This document shows positions 1 to 8,888 of a stretch of 64,000 bases of DNA, in pieces; the stretch's first letter is position 1; each line of letters starts with the position of its first letter. The notes beneath the pieces are model-generated. The model did no database searches and was not told the DNA's origin. It saw only the letters and a program-made list of their open reading frames with translations. The position numbers and the translations under genes are program-made. Origin of the DNA: Snowella sp. (GTDB lineage: Bacteria; Cyanobacteriota; Cyanobacteriia; Cyanobacteriales; Microcystaceae); assembly GCA_035285545.1 (NCBI GenBank), contig JAYKGY010000094.1:1-64000 (forward strand), written 5' to 3'.

Positions 1-203
1 GGACTCATTTGAGAGATAGTTATCCGAGCATTTGCTAGGGAAATAACCGTCCACCTAGCTAGTGAAGTTAGCGTTCGCTAAAATGTACCAATTTCGTTCC
101 TATTGACTTTTCGGATAGGCTCTTAGCGGAAGGAGAAGGAGACAGCGAAGAATAAATTAAAAATAAGTTCAAATTTTTTTGTTAGATTGTTGCCAAGATA
201 GTA

Positions 204-797
204 ATGCTTTTTCCGCTTCATTCACAATCGGAAGAAAAGAGTATGAAACATCTCGGCAACTTTTTTTGGGGATATCTTTCGGGGAGTTTGTTAATTGGGA
301 ATTGTCGTAATGACGAGATTCGTGAAATCTGGGCATTTTCTAAAGTTATACGCCTGAGAAAGTATGGTCGTAAAAGACTAACGATTATTCATGAACAAGC
401 CGATTTGAGTGACTCCCCTCGCTTTTTATTGACTGATGCCCATCATTGGGATGCTTCCAAGGTATTTGCGACTTGGAGTTTTCGATGGCCCGTAGAAACC
501 TTTCATCAGTTTGCCAAACAACTGGTCGGTTTTGAAGACGCTCAGCTCCGCAACAAGGAAGCGGTAAAACGCCACTTCTGTTTAAGTTGTGTCGCGCAGT
601 CTGTTCTTCAGGACGCTAGTGGTTGTGGGCAAAATTCTGAGCGGTTCAACTTTGCTGATGTTAATGAGCAAACTATTGGTCAACGTCTCTACTCCCTTTC
701 TCGTGAAGCCTTACAGCAAGTGGTGGAGTTTACTCAGACTCTATTGACTCAAGGTAAGTCTGTTAATCAAATTAGGTCGGTTTTAATGCCTATTTAA
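204..797 (+). pseudogene. C-terminal remnant of an IS701/IS4-like DDE transposase
   Basis: RFLLTD...RWPVETFHQFAKQLVGFEDAQLR resembles the catalytic-Glu region of IS701-type transposases; the first ~35 codons do not look transposase-like, so the N-terminus appears lost. Confidence 0.7.
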
Positions 798-882
798 AGC
801 TATTTTTCTTTTGCCTACTTTATAACCTTCCAAGTCGTGTAAGTGAGGACTTCAATGTTAAGATAGATCCTCAGTGAAACAT

Positions 883-954
883 GCCGATGTAGCTCAGTGG
901 TAGAGTAGTTGATTCGTAATCAATTGGTCGTGGGTTCAAATCCCATCATCGGCT
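883..954 (+). tRNA. tRNA-Thr(CGT); CAST homing target
   Basis: Acceptor stem GCCGATG/CATCGGC, D-arm TAGCTCAGTGGTAGAGT, anticodon arm GTTGA-TTCGTAA-TCAAT, T-loop GGTTCAAATCC; no encoded CCA. Confidence 0.95.
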
Positions 955-999
955 TTCTGTAAATTAACCCATTCTTTGTCATTGTCAACCCATTAATGT

Positions 1000-1084
1000 T
1001 GTACAGTAACAAATTATTTGTCATCGGTAACAAATTCTTGTCGTTATAACAAATTATTTGTCATCGTAACAAATTCATGATACC
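1000..1084 (+). repeat. CAST left end with four TnsB binding sites
   Basis: TGTACAG followed by TAACAAATT(A/C)...GTC repeats at 1007, 1028, 1047 and 1067 (last one degenerate). Confidence 0.9.
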
Positions 1085-1131
1085 TAAGAACGCATTTTAA
1101 TTCATCTCGAAATGGAATAAACATTAGGGCA

Positions 1132-1169
1132 AAAGCCGATGATGGGATTTGCTTTCAATCCACTCTGAA
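1132..1169 (-). CRISPR. Homing crRNA unit: 20-nt spacer against the tRNA-Thr 3' end plus the spacer-proximal part of a degenerate repeat
   Basis: 1132-1151 AAAGCCGATGATGGGATTTG is the exact reverse complement of 937-956; PAM GTT at 934-936; followed by repeat-like CTTTCAATCCACTCTGAA. Confidence 0.92.
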
Positions 1170-2666
1170 CTGGAGTTTAGACTAAAGGAGAAACTGGATT
1201 GAAAAGGCAGCCAGAAAAAAGCTCAGACTGCCAATCAGGGAAAATGAAGAAGTAACCAACTAATTCAAATCCCTAAAATGAAATGTGAATCAATCAAGCA
1301 ATTTCGTCAAGAGATATACGCAACACTAGACAAAGGAAAAGAAGCGGTATTTGAGCTGATGGATGCAGTGCTATTAAGCCAAAAAGTGTCATCCTTCGCG
1401 GAATTGTCATTATCCCCCGTATTTAGAAGAAAGTGGTCATCAATCTACGAATGTCTAGCAGATAATCGCCCTATGGCGAAACGGCAAAGAAAAGTATTAA
1501 TTAAGCAAATCCCAACAGTAGAAAGAATCCTACTGGCAGGAGACCATACAGCATGGGGAAGACGGGAAGCCAAAACCCTCAAAGACAGAACGTATGAACA
1601 TGGAGCCAAAGTCGTCTCAGGCAAACCGATAACAGTCGGTCATGGTTATAGCACGATAGCTTGGATACCGGAAGAAAAGGGAAGTTGGGCATTACCCTTA
1701 TGCCATCAAAGAATTACTAGCTTTGAAAATCCTCTCAAAAGAGCCGCCTTCCAACTTAAACAAATCTGTAAAAATCTCTCGCAAAGACCCTTGAGCCTCT
1801 GGGATAGTGAGTATGGATGTGCTAAATTTGTCCAGCAAACCGCCGACATCGCCGCCGATAAAATCCTACGCTTGCGTCCGAATTTGTGTTTGTGGCAAGC
1901 CCCGCCGCCTTATTCAGGGAAAGGACGACCGAGAGAACATGGAGATAAATTCAAACTTTCCGATACCGCCACTTGGCCCGATGCCATTGAAAGTCAAGAA
2001 ATAGATGACCCAGTTTGGGGCACAATCGAGATGAAGCGTTGGAGTCAACTTCATTTCCGTCAATCAGCCCGAATTGAGATGGAACTGATTCTTATCCAGA
2101 GAAAAGGCGATTCCCTCAAATTAGAGCAGCTTAAACCGATTTGGTTAGCCGCTTTGTTAGAAACCCCTCTTCCGTTAGCCGAATACTGGTCTCTGTATCA
2201 AAAACGATTTGCCATTGACCATTGGTATCGCTTTGCTAAACAAAGGTTGCATTGGACTATCCCTCAATTTCAAAACCTTCATTCCTCTGAGCGATGGAGT
2301 GATTTAATGCCTTTGCTGACATGGCAACTTTGGCTGGCTCGTGAGATAGTTGAGGATATCCCTTTGCCTTGGCAGAAGCCCCAAGCCTCTGATTCTTTGA
2401 CCCCTGGACGGGTTGCCCAATCGATAGGAGGAGTTTTAGCGGTGATTGGAACTCCTACTTCTGTTCCCAAACCCCGTGGAAAGTCTTTGGGATGCCCTCA
2501 AGGTCAACAACGCCTTCGGAAAATTCGCTATCCTGTCGTCAAAAAACGTTTTTCACCCAAAAAGAAGAAAGCAACTAACTCTTCTTAGCCACTAAAGCTT
2601 GATTCTATTCTTATTTTCTCAGCTTTTCTGATTGGCTGGGTTCTTTTTGCTTAGTCTAAACTCCAG
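1170..2666 (+). mobile_element. IS element (IS701/IS4-like) with 16-bp TIRs and 6-bp TSD
   Basis: CTGGAGTTTAGACTAA at 1170-1185 and TTAGTCTAAACTCCAG at 2651-2666; TCTGAA duplicated at 1164-1169 and 2667-2672. Confidence 0.92.
1278..2588 (+). CDS. DDE transposase (IS701-like), 436 aa
   Basis: LAGDHT, WDSEYG and YQKRFAIDHWYRFAKQRLHW motifs; lies between the TIRs. Confidence 0.88.
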   Translation: MKCESIKQFRQEIYATLDKGKEAVFELMDAVLLSQKVSSFAELSLSPVFRRKWSSIYECLADNRPMAKRQRKVLIKQIPTVERILLAGDHTAWGRREAKTLKDRTYEHGAKVVSGKPITVGHGYSTIAWIPEEKGSWALPLCHQRITSFENPLKRAAFQLKQICKNLSQRPLSLWDSEYGCAKFVQQTADIAADKILRLRPNLCLWQAPPPYSGKGRPREHGDKFKLSDTATWPDAIESQEIDDPVWGTIEMKRWSQLHFRQSARIEMELILIQRKGDSLKLEQLKPIWLAALLETPLPLAEYWSLYQKRFAIDHWYRFAKQRLHWTIPQFQNLHSSERWSDLMPLLTWQLWLAREIVEDIPLPWQKPQASDSLTPGRVAQSIGGVLAVIGTPTSVPKPRGKSLGCPQGQQRLRKIRYPVVKKRFSPKKKKATNSS

Positions 2667-2724
2667 TCTGAACTGGAATGCTTATAAAAATTTTACTGGT
2701 CGAACCTGTCTCTCTTGTTTCTAC

Positions 2725-3695
2725 CTTTCAACCCACCCCGAACTGGGATGGTCATTGAAACTTTCGGTGGAAGGTGTCATTGCTTTCATTGGAGTTCCTT
2801 TCAACCCACCCCAAACTGGGATGGTCATTGAAACTACAGCCCGACCAGAGGGATCGCGCCTTTACTTCGCCTTTCAACCCACCCCAAACTGGGATGGTCA
2901 TTGAAACCTCGTATTCGGCGGGATGTTCCACTGTGATTTGCTCGCTTTCAACCCACCCCAAACTGGGATGGTCATTGAAACATTTCACCCCTAAAAAGGG
3001 TAATCCCCATTCGCCCCCTTTCAACCCACCCCAAACTGGGATGGTCATTGAAATTTTACTAACAAAGCAGGGAAATAAATGAGCTTAGGCTTTCAACCCA
3101 CCCCAAACTGGGATGGTCATTGAAACCTAAAGTCGAGCAGTTCCTCGTCGCTGAGTAGCTCTTTCAACCCACCCCAAACTGGGATGGTCATTGAAACCTG
3201 ATAGAATTCCCGCAACACAACTATTTAAGGCTTTCAACCCACCCCAAACTGGGATGGTCATTGAAACTACAAATTCTGTACCTTAATGGGTTAAATAAGC
3301 ATCTTTCAACCCACCCCAAACTGGGATGGTCATTGAAAGCAAGGGTGAATAGATGGCTTTAGTTGATGCTTTTCCTTTCAACCCACCCCAAACTGGGATG
3401 GTCATTGAAACCGTTAGGGATTAAAGCCAATCCTGCGGGACTTACTTTCAACCCACCCCAAACTGGGATGGTCATTGAAACTTCCAAATGCAAGTCAAGA
3501 AGGGATTCTACCGACCTTTCAACCCACCCCAAACTGGGATGGTCATTGAAACCTATGGACAACGGATGCGCTCATGGTTTGGACAACTTTCAACCCACCC
3601 CAAACTGGGATGGTCATTGAAACATTAGGATTACCGATAGATGAAATTCTTACTTTTGCTTTCAACCCACCCCAAACTGGGATGGTCATTGAAAC
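2725..3695 (-). CRISPR. Type V-K CRISPR array, 14 repeats of 37 bp (GTTTCAATGACCATCCCAGTTTGGGGTGGGTTGAAAG on -), 13 spacers of about 33-37 bp
   Basis: Repeat starts on + at 2725, 2798, 2871, 2945, 3018, 3090, 3161, 3231, 3303, 3375, 3445, 3516, 3587, 3659; GGGTTGAAAG 3' end is typical of V-K. Confidence 0.97.
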
Positions 3696-3942
3696 TCCCT
3701 AATGATAAAATCCTGACTGTGCCAAGAATTGAAGAGAGGTTTGCGCGACACATACTTAACTTGGCCATTTTAGTTCCAATAAAATGGAACTTGACCATCC
3801 CAGAATACACTTAAACCTAGGTTATACGGGCTTCTCAGATTTTGCGCGGGGCATTTCATTAAACTTAGGCTGAACTCGTTATACAGGGCAGATTGTACTG
3901 ATCAGAGTTTGTACAGCTATAGAGCCGCGCAAAAAAGAAAAA

Positions 3943-4162
3943 GTGGATTCCTCCTTGCTCGGAGGTGATTCAGTAGCCATAACTGTGGTAAACCCACGCC
4001 ACTTAATGCTGGGTGCAACCTTATTCCTGTCCGAAGACAGCAGCTTCAGGGTGTACAGCTACTAGGGTCAGAAAGCAAAACTGTCTTCCAACAGTCAAAC
4101 TAACCCGTTTCTCATCGATCAGAGGTTTACCAAGAAACATGACCGATGGTGCTTTTAATTAA
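3943..4162 (-). ncRNA. Cas12k tracrRNA (ends approximate)
   Basis: Minus strand carries the blocks GGGTTAGTTTGACTGT, GCTTTCTGACCCT, CACCCTGA-GCTGCTGTC and TGGCTACTGAATCACC, recognisable from the ShCAST tracrRNA; lies between cas12k and the array. Confidence 0.9.
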
Positions 4163-4199
4163 TCCTAATATATTTTCAAGGTTCAGGGTTTTACCAATT

Positions 4200-6101
4200 T
4201 CATGTATGAATTCGGGCATGGTAGGCGGCGATCGCCATTACCTTTGCCTCTTCTTGGGGACTACCGCGAATTACCTGCGTTTCCTCTTCAATAACGATGC
4301 CCAGTTTAGTAGCTTGGGCACTAATATTTTCAATTAATCTGCCATAGCTCCATTGGTGGATATTGACTCGGTATTCTTTGGCATAAGTTTTTTGAGCTTC
4401 GATGGAACCAGCAATTTTTTCTTCTGCTCTGACTTGGATTTCTGATTGAACAATTTCTCTAATATTGCCTAATTTAGGGACAACAATGCTTCCTGTATGA
4501 TAGGACTGAGCTACCTGAACAATTGCTTGGGCTAAGAGACGATCTATATGTTGACCTAATTCTGATTCGCCAAACTGAGCAGAGGCTCCTTTCCTTTGAG
4601 CTTTATGACGCTCATGTGTCTGAGCTTGCTTCTGTTGCCTTTGAAGATTTAGTAAATTATAGTTTTTGCCTAGTAATTGTTTGAGACTCCGATAAGTAAT
4701 CGCTTTCCCCTTAAGACCATCGACTAAGGCAACTGTCGCAGGCTTTTCTAAACCAAAGGCGACTCCCAGAAGAATATGGGAATGTCCTTGATACAAGGGC
4801 TGGCTAGGACGCGGAAAAGGATTAGCCATTCGGATCAATGTTGAGTTTTTGCGTTGAACAAAGGATTCTTGTTGTTCGCTTAAATCTCCTTTTTCTTTCA
4901 TGGTGGTGAGTCTTTTAGTAATTTCACCCGCTTTTTCCTGACGCACTAAATCCGTTCCTTCTGCACTCCAGAAACGGGTATCAAGGGTACAATACAGGAC
5001 TAAATAATGGAGATTCCAAGGCTCACCCTTTCCACTGCCTTCTTGCCATCCAATCCGTCCAGAACGGAGCGTAAATAAGGCACTAGAATGCTGATTCTTG
5101 CTCTCCCTTTTGATCTGCTGATCTTCAAAAAAACGATTAAACCACTTCAGTTGGCGTTGATCACAATAGATCTCAAAAGAATGTTCGCTTAATCCATTAA
5201 AATGAACGCAGAGACGGCCCTTCTCATTTTTACTCCAAATTAAGTCTTCATTAGTCACAAAATCTATGGGATAAGGCAAAATTTGGGAATGAGTCAGTAA
5301 TTTATCTTGCCAAGAACGAACTTGATTGGGGTCGGTAGTGGCTGTTGTACAAGCCATAATCAATGTTTCTAGCCACCGTTGTCCCGTTAGATCTCGTCCT
5401 TGGGGAAGGCGGCCTTCGAGTTGATCAGTAAGACGTTGAGTTTTGATTTCTGCTTTCCGACGACGTTGCCTGAATTTTTTGCTGTCCTCTTTCTGGCTAG
5501 GTAATTTACAACCATTTTTTAACAAATAGGCGATCGCGGAACGAATTTGTAAGTCTTCTGTTTTTTGGTAAGCATCGAACAATAGTTTGGATAAAGAGAG
5601 ACCTTCTTTGGTTTTCTTCTCTTTCTTGGTTTTCTTAATACTTTTAGTTGGCAGAGCCTCAGCTTGCGGTGTTAAGTTCGTCAAAATATCAGAGGCTTTA
5701 GTCCGAATCTCGTCAAGGCTCAAGTCACTGAGTTGGGTCAATTCCTCATCACTTTTGAGAATTTCCAACCATTTTTTTTGACCATCCAATTGAGACTGTA
5801 AGCGTCTCTGAAGTTTAAGCCACGATTTAAAAATATATTCAACGAGATGAATGGCTGAAGTATAAAATCTTGCGGGTTGACCGATAAAACGAGGATCTGA
5901 TTTTAAAGATTTTCCTAATGTAGCAATAACCCCTGCTTTTGGCTTGCCGACTTGCCGCCACTGTTCAAAGTCGGGATGCTCCCTCACTTGGGCTAAAAGC
6001 TCATTGATAAACGGGGTATTCAATTTAGCCATCAAGTCCCAAAGATATTGACGGGAGGCTTCTTTTGCGACAAGGCGGCAGTGAATCGTAATTTGACTCA
6101 T
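4200..6101 (-). CDS. cas12k: Cas12k (C2c5) effector with inactive RuvC
   Basis: MSQITIHCRL N-terminus, QHSSALFTLRS; degenerate RuvC motifs LLGVAFGLEKP and IVVPKL; start placed at ATG 6101 rather than TTG 6113. Confidence 0.95.
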   Translation of the reverse strand: MSQITIHCRLVAKEASRQYLWDLMAKLNTPFINELLAQVREHPDFEQWRQVGKPKAGVIATLGKSLKSDPRFIGQPARFYTSAIHLVEYIFKSWLKLQRRLQSQLDGQKKWLEILKSDEELTQLSDLSLDEIRTKASDILTNLTPQAEALPTKSIKKTKKEKKTKEGLSLSKLLFDAYQKTEDLQIRSAIAYLLKNGCKLPSQKEDSKKFRQRRRKAEIKTQRLTDQLEGRLPQGRDLTGQRWLETLIMACTTATTDPNQVRSWQDKLLTHSQILPYPIDFVTNEDLIWSKNEKGRLCVHFNGLSEHSFEIYCDQRQLKWFNRFFEDQQIKRESKNQHSSALFTLRSGRIGWQEGSGKGEPWNLHYLVLYCTLDTRFWSAEGTDLVRQEKAGEITKRLTTMKEKGDLSEQQESFVQRKNSTLIRMANPFPRPSQPLYQGHSHILLGVAFGLEKPATVALVDGLKGKAITYRSLKQLLGKNYNLLNLQRQQKQAQTHERHKAQRKGASAQFGESELGQHIDRLLAQAIVQVAQSYHTGSIVVPKLGNIREIVQSEIQVRAEEKIAGSIEAQKTYAKEYRVNIHQWSYGRLIENISAQATKLGIVIEEETQVIRGSPQEEAKVMAIAAYHARIHT

Positions 6102-6168
6102 TTTATTGAACAAATCCGTTTAATACAAACATAAGTGTATTTTAACGAATTTTTATAAGATCGGCTAT

Positions 6169-6621
6169 ATGGAAAAAAGTTTTTTTAGCAGCAAAGAAGC
6201 CGCGACTTTAACGGAATGTACTTTACGCCAACTACAGTATTGGCGTGAAAATGAAGTTGTTGTACCGATAGTTGGAGCGACAGGAACAGGAAAGAGTATT
6301 TATTACTCTTATCGTGAATTAATCGAGTTGACATCGATGAGATATCTGTTGTTTGTCGGGTTGAGCTTTGATGTGGCACGGAATATTCTGCGATCGCTTA
6401 AGGACAAAGTTCCAGAATATGCAAATCCTGATATAAAAGCACGATTAATGTTGATTTTGGACACTGATTCGGGAATACTAGACTTAGTAAAATTTGACCG
6501 TGAACAGGCGATCGCGTTTCTAGATAACGGTCAGCCGATTATTCCATTGTGGTTGGATCTTATCCATCAAAAATTACAACAGCAATTAAGCAAGAAAGAT
6601 TCGATTATGTCGAATAAGTAG
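6169..6621 (+). CDS. cvkR: MerR-type CAST repressor, CvkR-like
   Basis: MerR HTH (FSSKEAATLTECTLRQLQYWRE); divergent from cas12k as in described V-K loci. Confidence 0.85.
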   Translation: MEKSFFSSKEAATLTECTLRQLQYWRENEVVVPIVGATGTGKSIYYSYRELIELTSMRYLLFVGLSFDVARNILRSLKDKVPEYANPDIKARLMLILDTDSGILDLVKFDREQAIAFLDNGQPIIPLWLDLIHQKLQQQLSKKDSIMSNK

Positions 6622-6644
6622 TAAATAGTCCAAAAATCTCTTAT

Positions 6645-8870
6645 TTGGAGAATCAGAAACAGGTTGATAGCTTGAGTAACGAAACAGATGCCCGAATTAT
6701 TATTGATGACCAATTGCGTCAAGCAGGCTGGAATCCTGCCGATAAGACTCATGTTCTAACCGAAGTCAAAACAGACAGGGGTAAACCTGATTACGTTTTG
6801 CTGGATCAAAGAGGGCGATCGCTGGCCGTCATTGAGGCTAAAAAAGACGCGATTGATCCCTATACAGCCAAACAGCAAGCTCTTCCTTATGCCCAAAGTT
6901 TAAAAGCTCCTTTTATCTTTTTGACGAATGGAGAACTGATTTATTTTTGGGATTATCTCAATGATGATGCGCGGCTCATTCAATCTTTTTTTTCGCGGCG
7001 CGACCTAGAGCGTTTGGTAGAAATGCGATCGCAGCGTCAACCCTTAGCCACGATTGCTATTCCTGAATACTATCAACGAGAAGGGGAAACTCGCGAAGTC
7101 CGTCCTTACCAACGGGAAGCGATGCAGGCGATGGATCATGCGATTGAGTTGGGTAAACGTCGTTTCTTGATGGAACTACCGACAGGGACGGGAAAAACTG
7201 ACCTAATCTGTTTACAAATTAAACGGTTAATTGAAGCGGGAATTGCTGAAAAAATTCTGTTTTTAGTAGATCGGGAGCAATTGGCGAAGCAAGCCAGGGA
7301 AACTATTACCGATATTTTGGCCCAATATGATAGTTACTGGTTAAAACCTGGGATTGTCCGACAAGAGAAACAAATTACGATCACACTCTTGCAGACGATG
7401 ATCGGGCGTTATACCGAATTTACTAGTGGTTATTTTGACATTGTGATTGCGGATGAATGTCATCGTTCTATCTATGGAGCTTGGCAGACGGCCCTTACTT
7501 ACTTTGATGCGTTTCATTTAGGACTGACGGCAACTCCCGCAGGGTATATTGACCGCAATACCTTTAATTTTTACCAATGTCGTAACGAACAGCCCGATTT
7601 TTCCTATCCCATCCAAGAAGCCTTTAAAACAGGTTATTTAGTTCCTTATACCTTTGCTGAGGGAATTACTGAAATTTTAGCGGATGGGGCCGAGAAAGAT
7701 GGTGTGCAGTATGATCCAAAAGCATTTGAGCGCAAATGGACAAATGACGACACTAATCGCTTAATGATGGAGGAATTTGATCGGCTGGCTTGGGACAATT
7801 ATCTGGAATTAGCTCCCTATCAAAAGATTGGCCCTGGTAAATCTATTGTTTTTGCTATCACTAAAAGTCATGCGGCCCGATTAACTCGTTATTTGAACGA
7901 ATTGCATCCCGAATGTAAGGGCAAGTATGCCGAAGTGATCACCAGTGATGTTGCTGATGCTGATGACTTAATTCGTCGCTTCAAATACGAGGATTATCCC
8001 CAAGTCGCGGTCAGTGTGGATATGCTCAGTACGGGGTTTAATTGCCGCGAGGTTTTGCATTTGGTGATGGCTTGCCGCATTCGTAGCCCGATTTTATACC
8101 AACAAATTCGAGGACGAGGAACTAGAGTCGCTCCTCATATCGGTAAAAAGCGATTCATGATCTATGACTTTTTTAAGAATCATCAATATTTTAATGACAG
8201 TGATGAGGACTTTTTTTCTGGTGCGGGAACAGGCAGCAGTTCGGGCGGTTCAGGTGGTGGCCCCCGTCCTCCCAGAGAATTAATCGAATTGGGAATCGGC
8301 GATCGCTGGAAGGAAGCGGTGCAGTATGTGGAAATCGGTAATGATGGCGAGCAATTAGATAAACGGCGTTATGTCAGCATTTGGGAAGAAACGATCAATA
8401 ACCAAATAGCCGATGATCCTATTTTGCAAAAAATTCGGGCAGGAGAATTTTTGACCGAAGCAGAAGAAACCCAGTTAGAACAACAACTTAACCAACCCAA
8501 GTATTACTTTAACGAAGAGAATTTACGCCGAGCCTACAATAACCAACAAAGCAATCTGATTGATTTTATTAAGGCAGCCTTGAAACTGGTTAAAATTAAG
8601 AGCCTCGCAGAACAGAAGGAAGAAATCTTTCGAGCTTGGTTGATCGCCAAATCCTTTACGCCAGAACAAGCCCAATACTTATCTTTGCTCAAAAATCGAG
8701 GCATCGCTAAAGGCAAACTAAGTCTCGAAGATCTCTTTCAGCCTCCTTTGTCTGTTTTGAATGCGGCAGGCTTAGGGATAGAATTATTTGGAGAGCAAGG
8801 CTTACGGGATCTGTTTGAAGACTTAAATCGTTCCGTTTTTCTCAACGACACGACAGGAACCGATGGTTAA
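6645..8870 (+). CDS. hsdR: Type I restriction enzyme R subunit (EcoAI/EcoEI-like)
   Basis: PD...IEAKK nuclease motif, Walker A PTGTGKT, DECH, LTATP, QIRGRGTR. Confidence 0.9.
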   Translation: MENQKQVDSLSNETDARIIIDDQLRQAGWNPADKTHVLTEVKTDRGKPDYVLLDQRGRSLAVIEAKKDAIDPYTAKQQALPYAQSLKAPFIFLTNGELIYFWDYLNDDARLIQSFFSRRDLERLVEMRSQRQPLATIAIPEYYQREGETREVRPYQREAMQAMDHAIELGKRRFLMELPTGTGKTDLICLQIKRLIEAGIAEKILFLVDREQLAKQARETITDILAQYDSYWLKPGIVRQEKQITITLLQTMIGRYTEFTSGYFDIVIADECHRSIYGAWQTALTYFDAFHLGLTATPAGYIDRNTFNFYQCRNEQPDFSYPIQEAFKTGYLVPYTFAEGITEILADGAEKDGVQYDPKAFERKWTNDDTNRLMMEEFDRLAWDNYLELAPYQKIGPGKSIVFAITKSHAARLTRYLNELHPECKGKYAEVITSDVADADDLIRRFKYEDYPQVAVSVDMLSTGFNCREVLHLVMACRIRSPILYQQIRGRGTRVAPHIGKKRFMIYDFFKNHQYFNDSDEDFFSGAGTGSSSGGSGGGPRPPRELIELGIGDRWKEAVQYVEIGNDGEQLDKRRYVSIWEETINNQIADDPILQKIRAGEFLTEAEETQLEQQLNQPKYYFNEENLRRAYNNQQSNLIDFIKAALKLVKIKSLAEQKEEIFRAWLIAKSFTPEQAQYLSLLKNRGIAKGKLSLEDLFQPPLSVLNAAGLGIELFGEQGLRDLFEDLNRSVFLNDTTGTDG

Positions 8871-8888
8871 GGGGACACTGAAAATTTT

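Noticed and set aside
2632..3620. Repetitive ORFs at 2632-2904, 2752-3048, 2774-3082, 3359-3562 and 3363-3620
   Set aside because: Translations of CRISPR repeats and spacers
3910..4057. Internal TGTACAG copies near 3910 and 4051 as extra transposon ends
   Set aside because: No adjacent TnsB-site repeats; the second lies inside the tracrRNA
4200..6101. Missing RuvC catalytic residues as a sign of cas12 pseudogenisation
   Set aside because: Natural inactivation of RuvC is the defining feature of Cas12k
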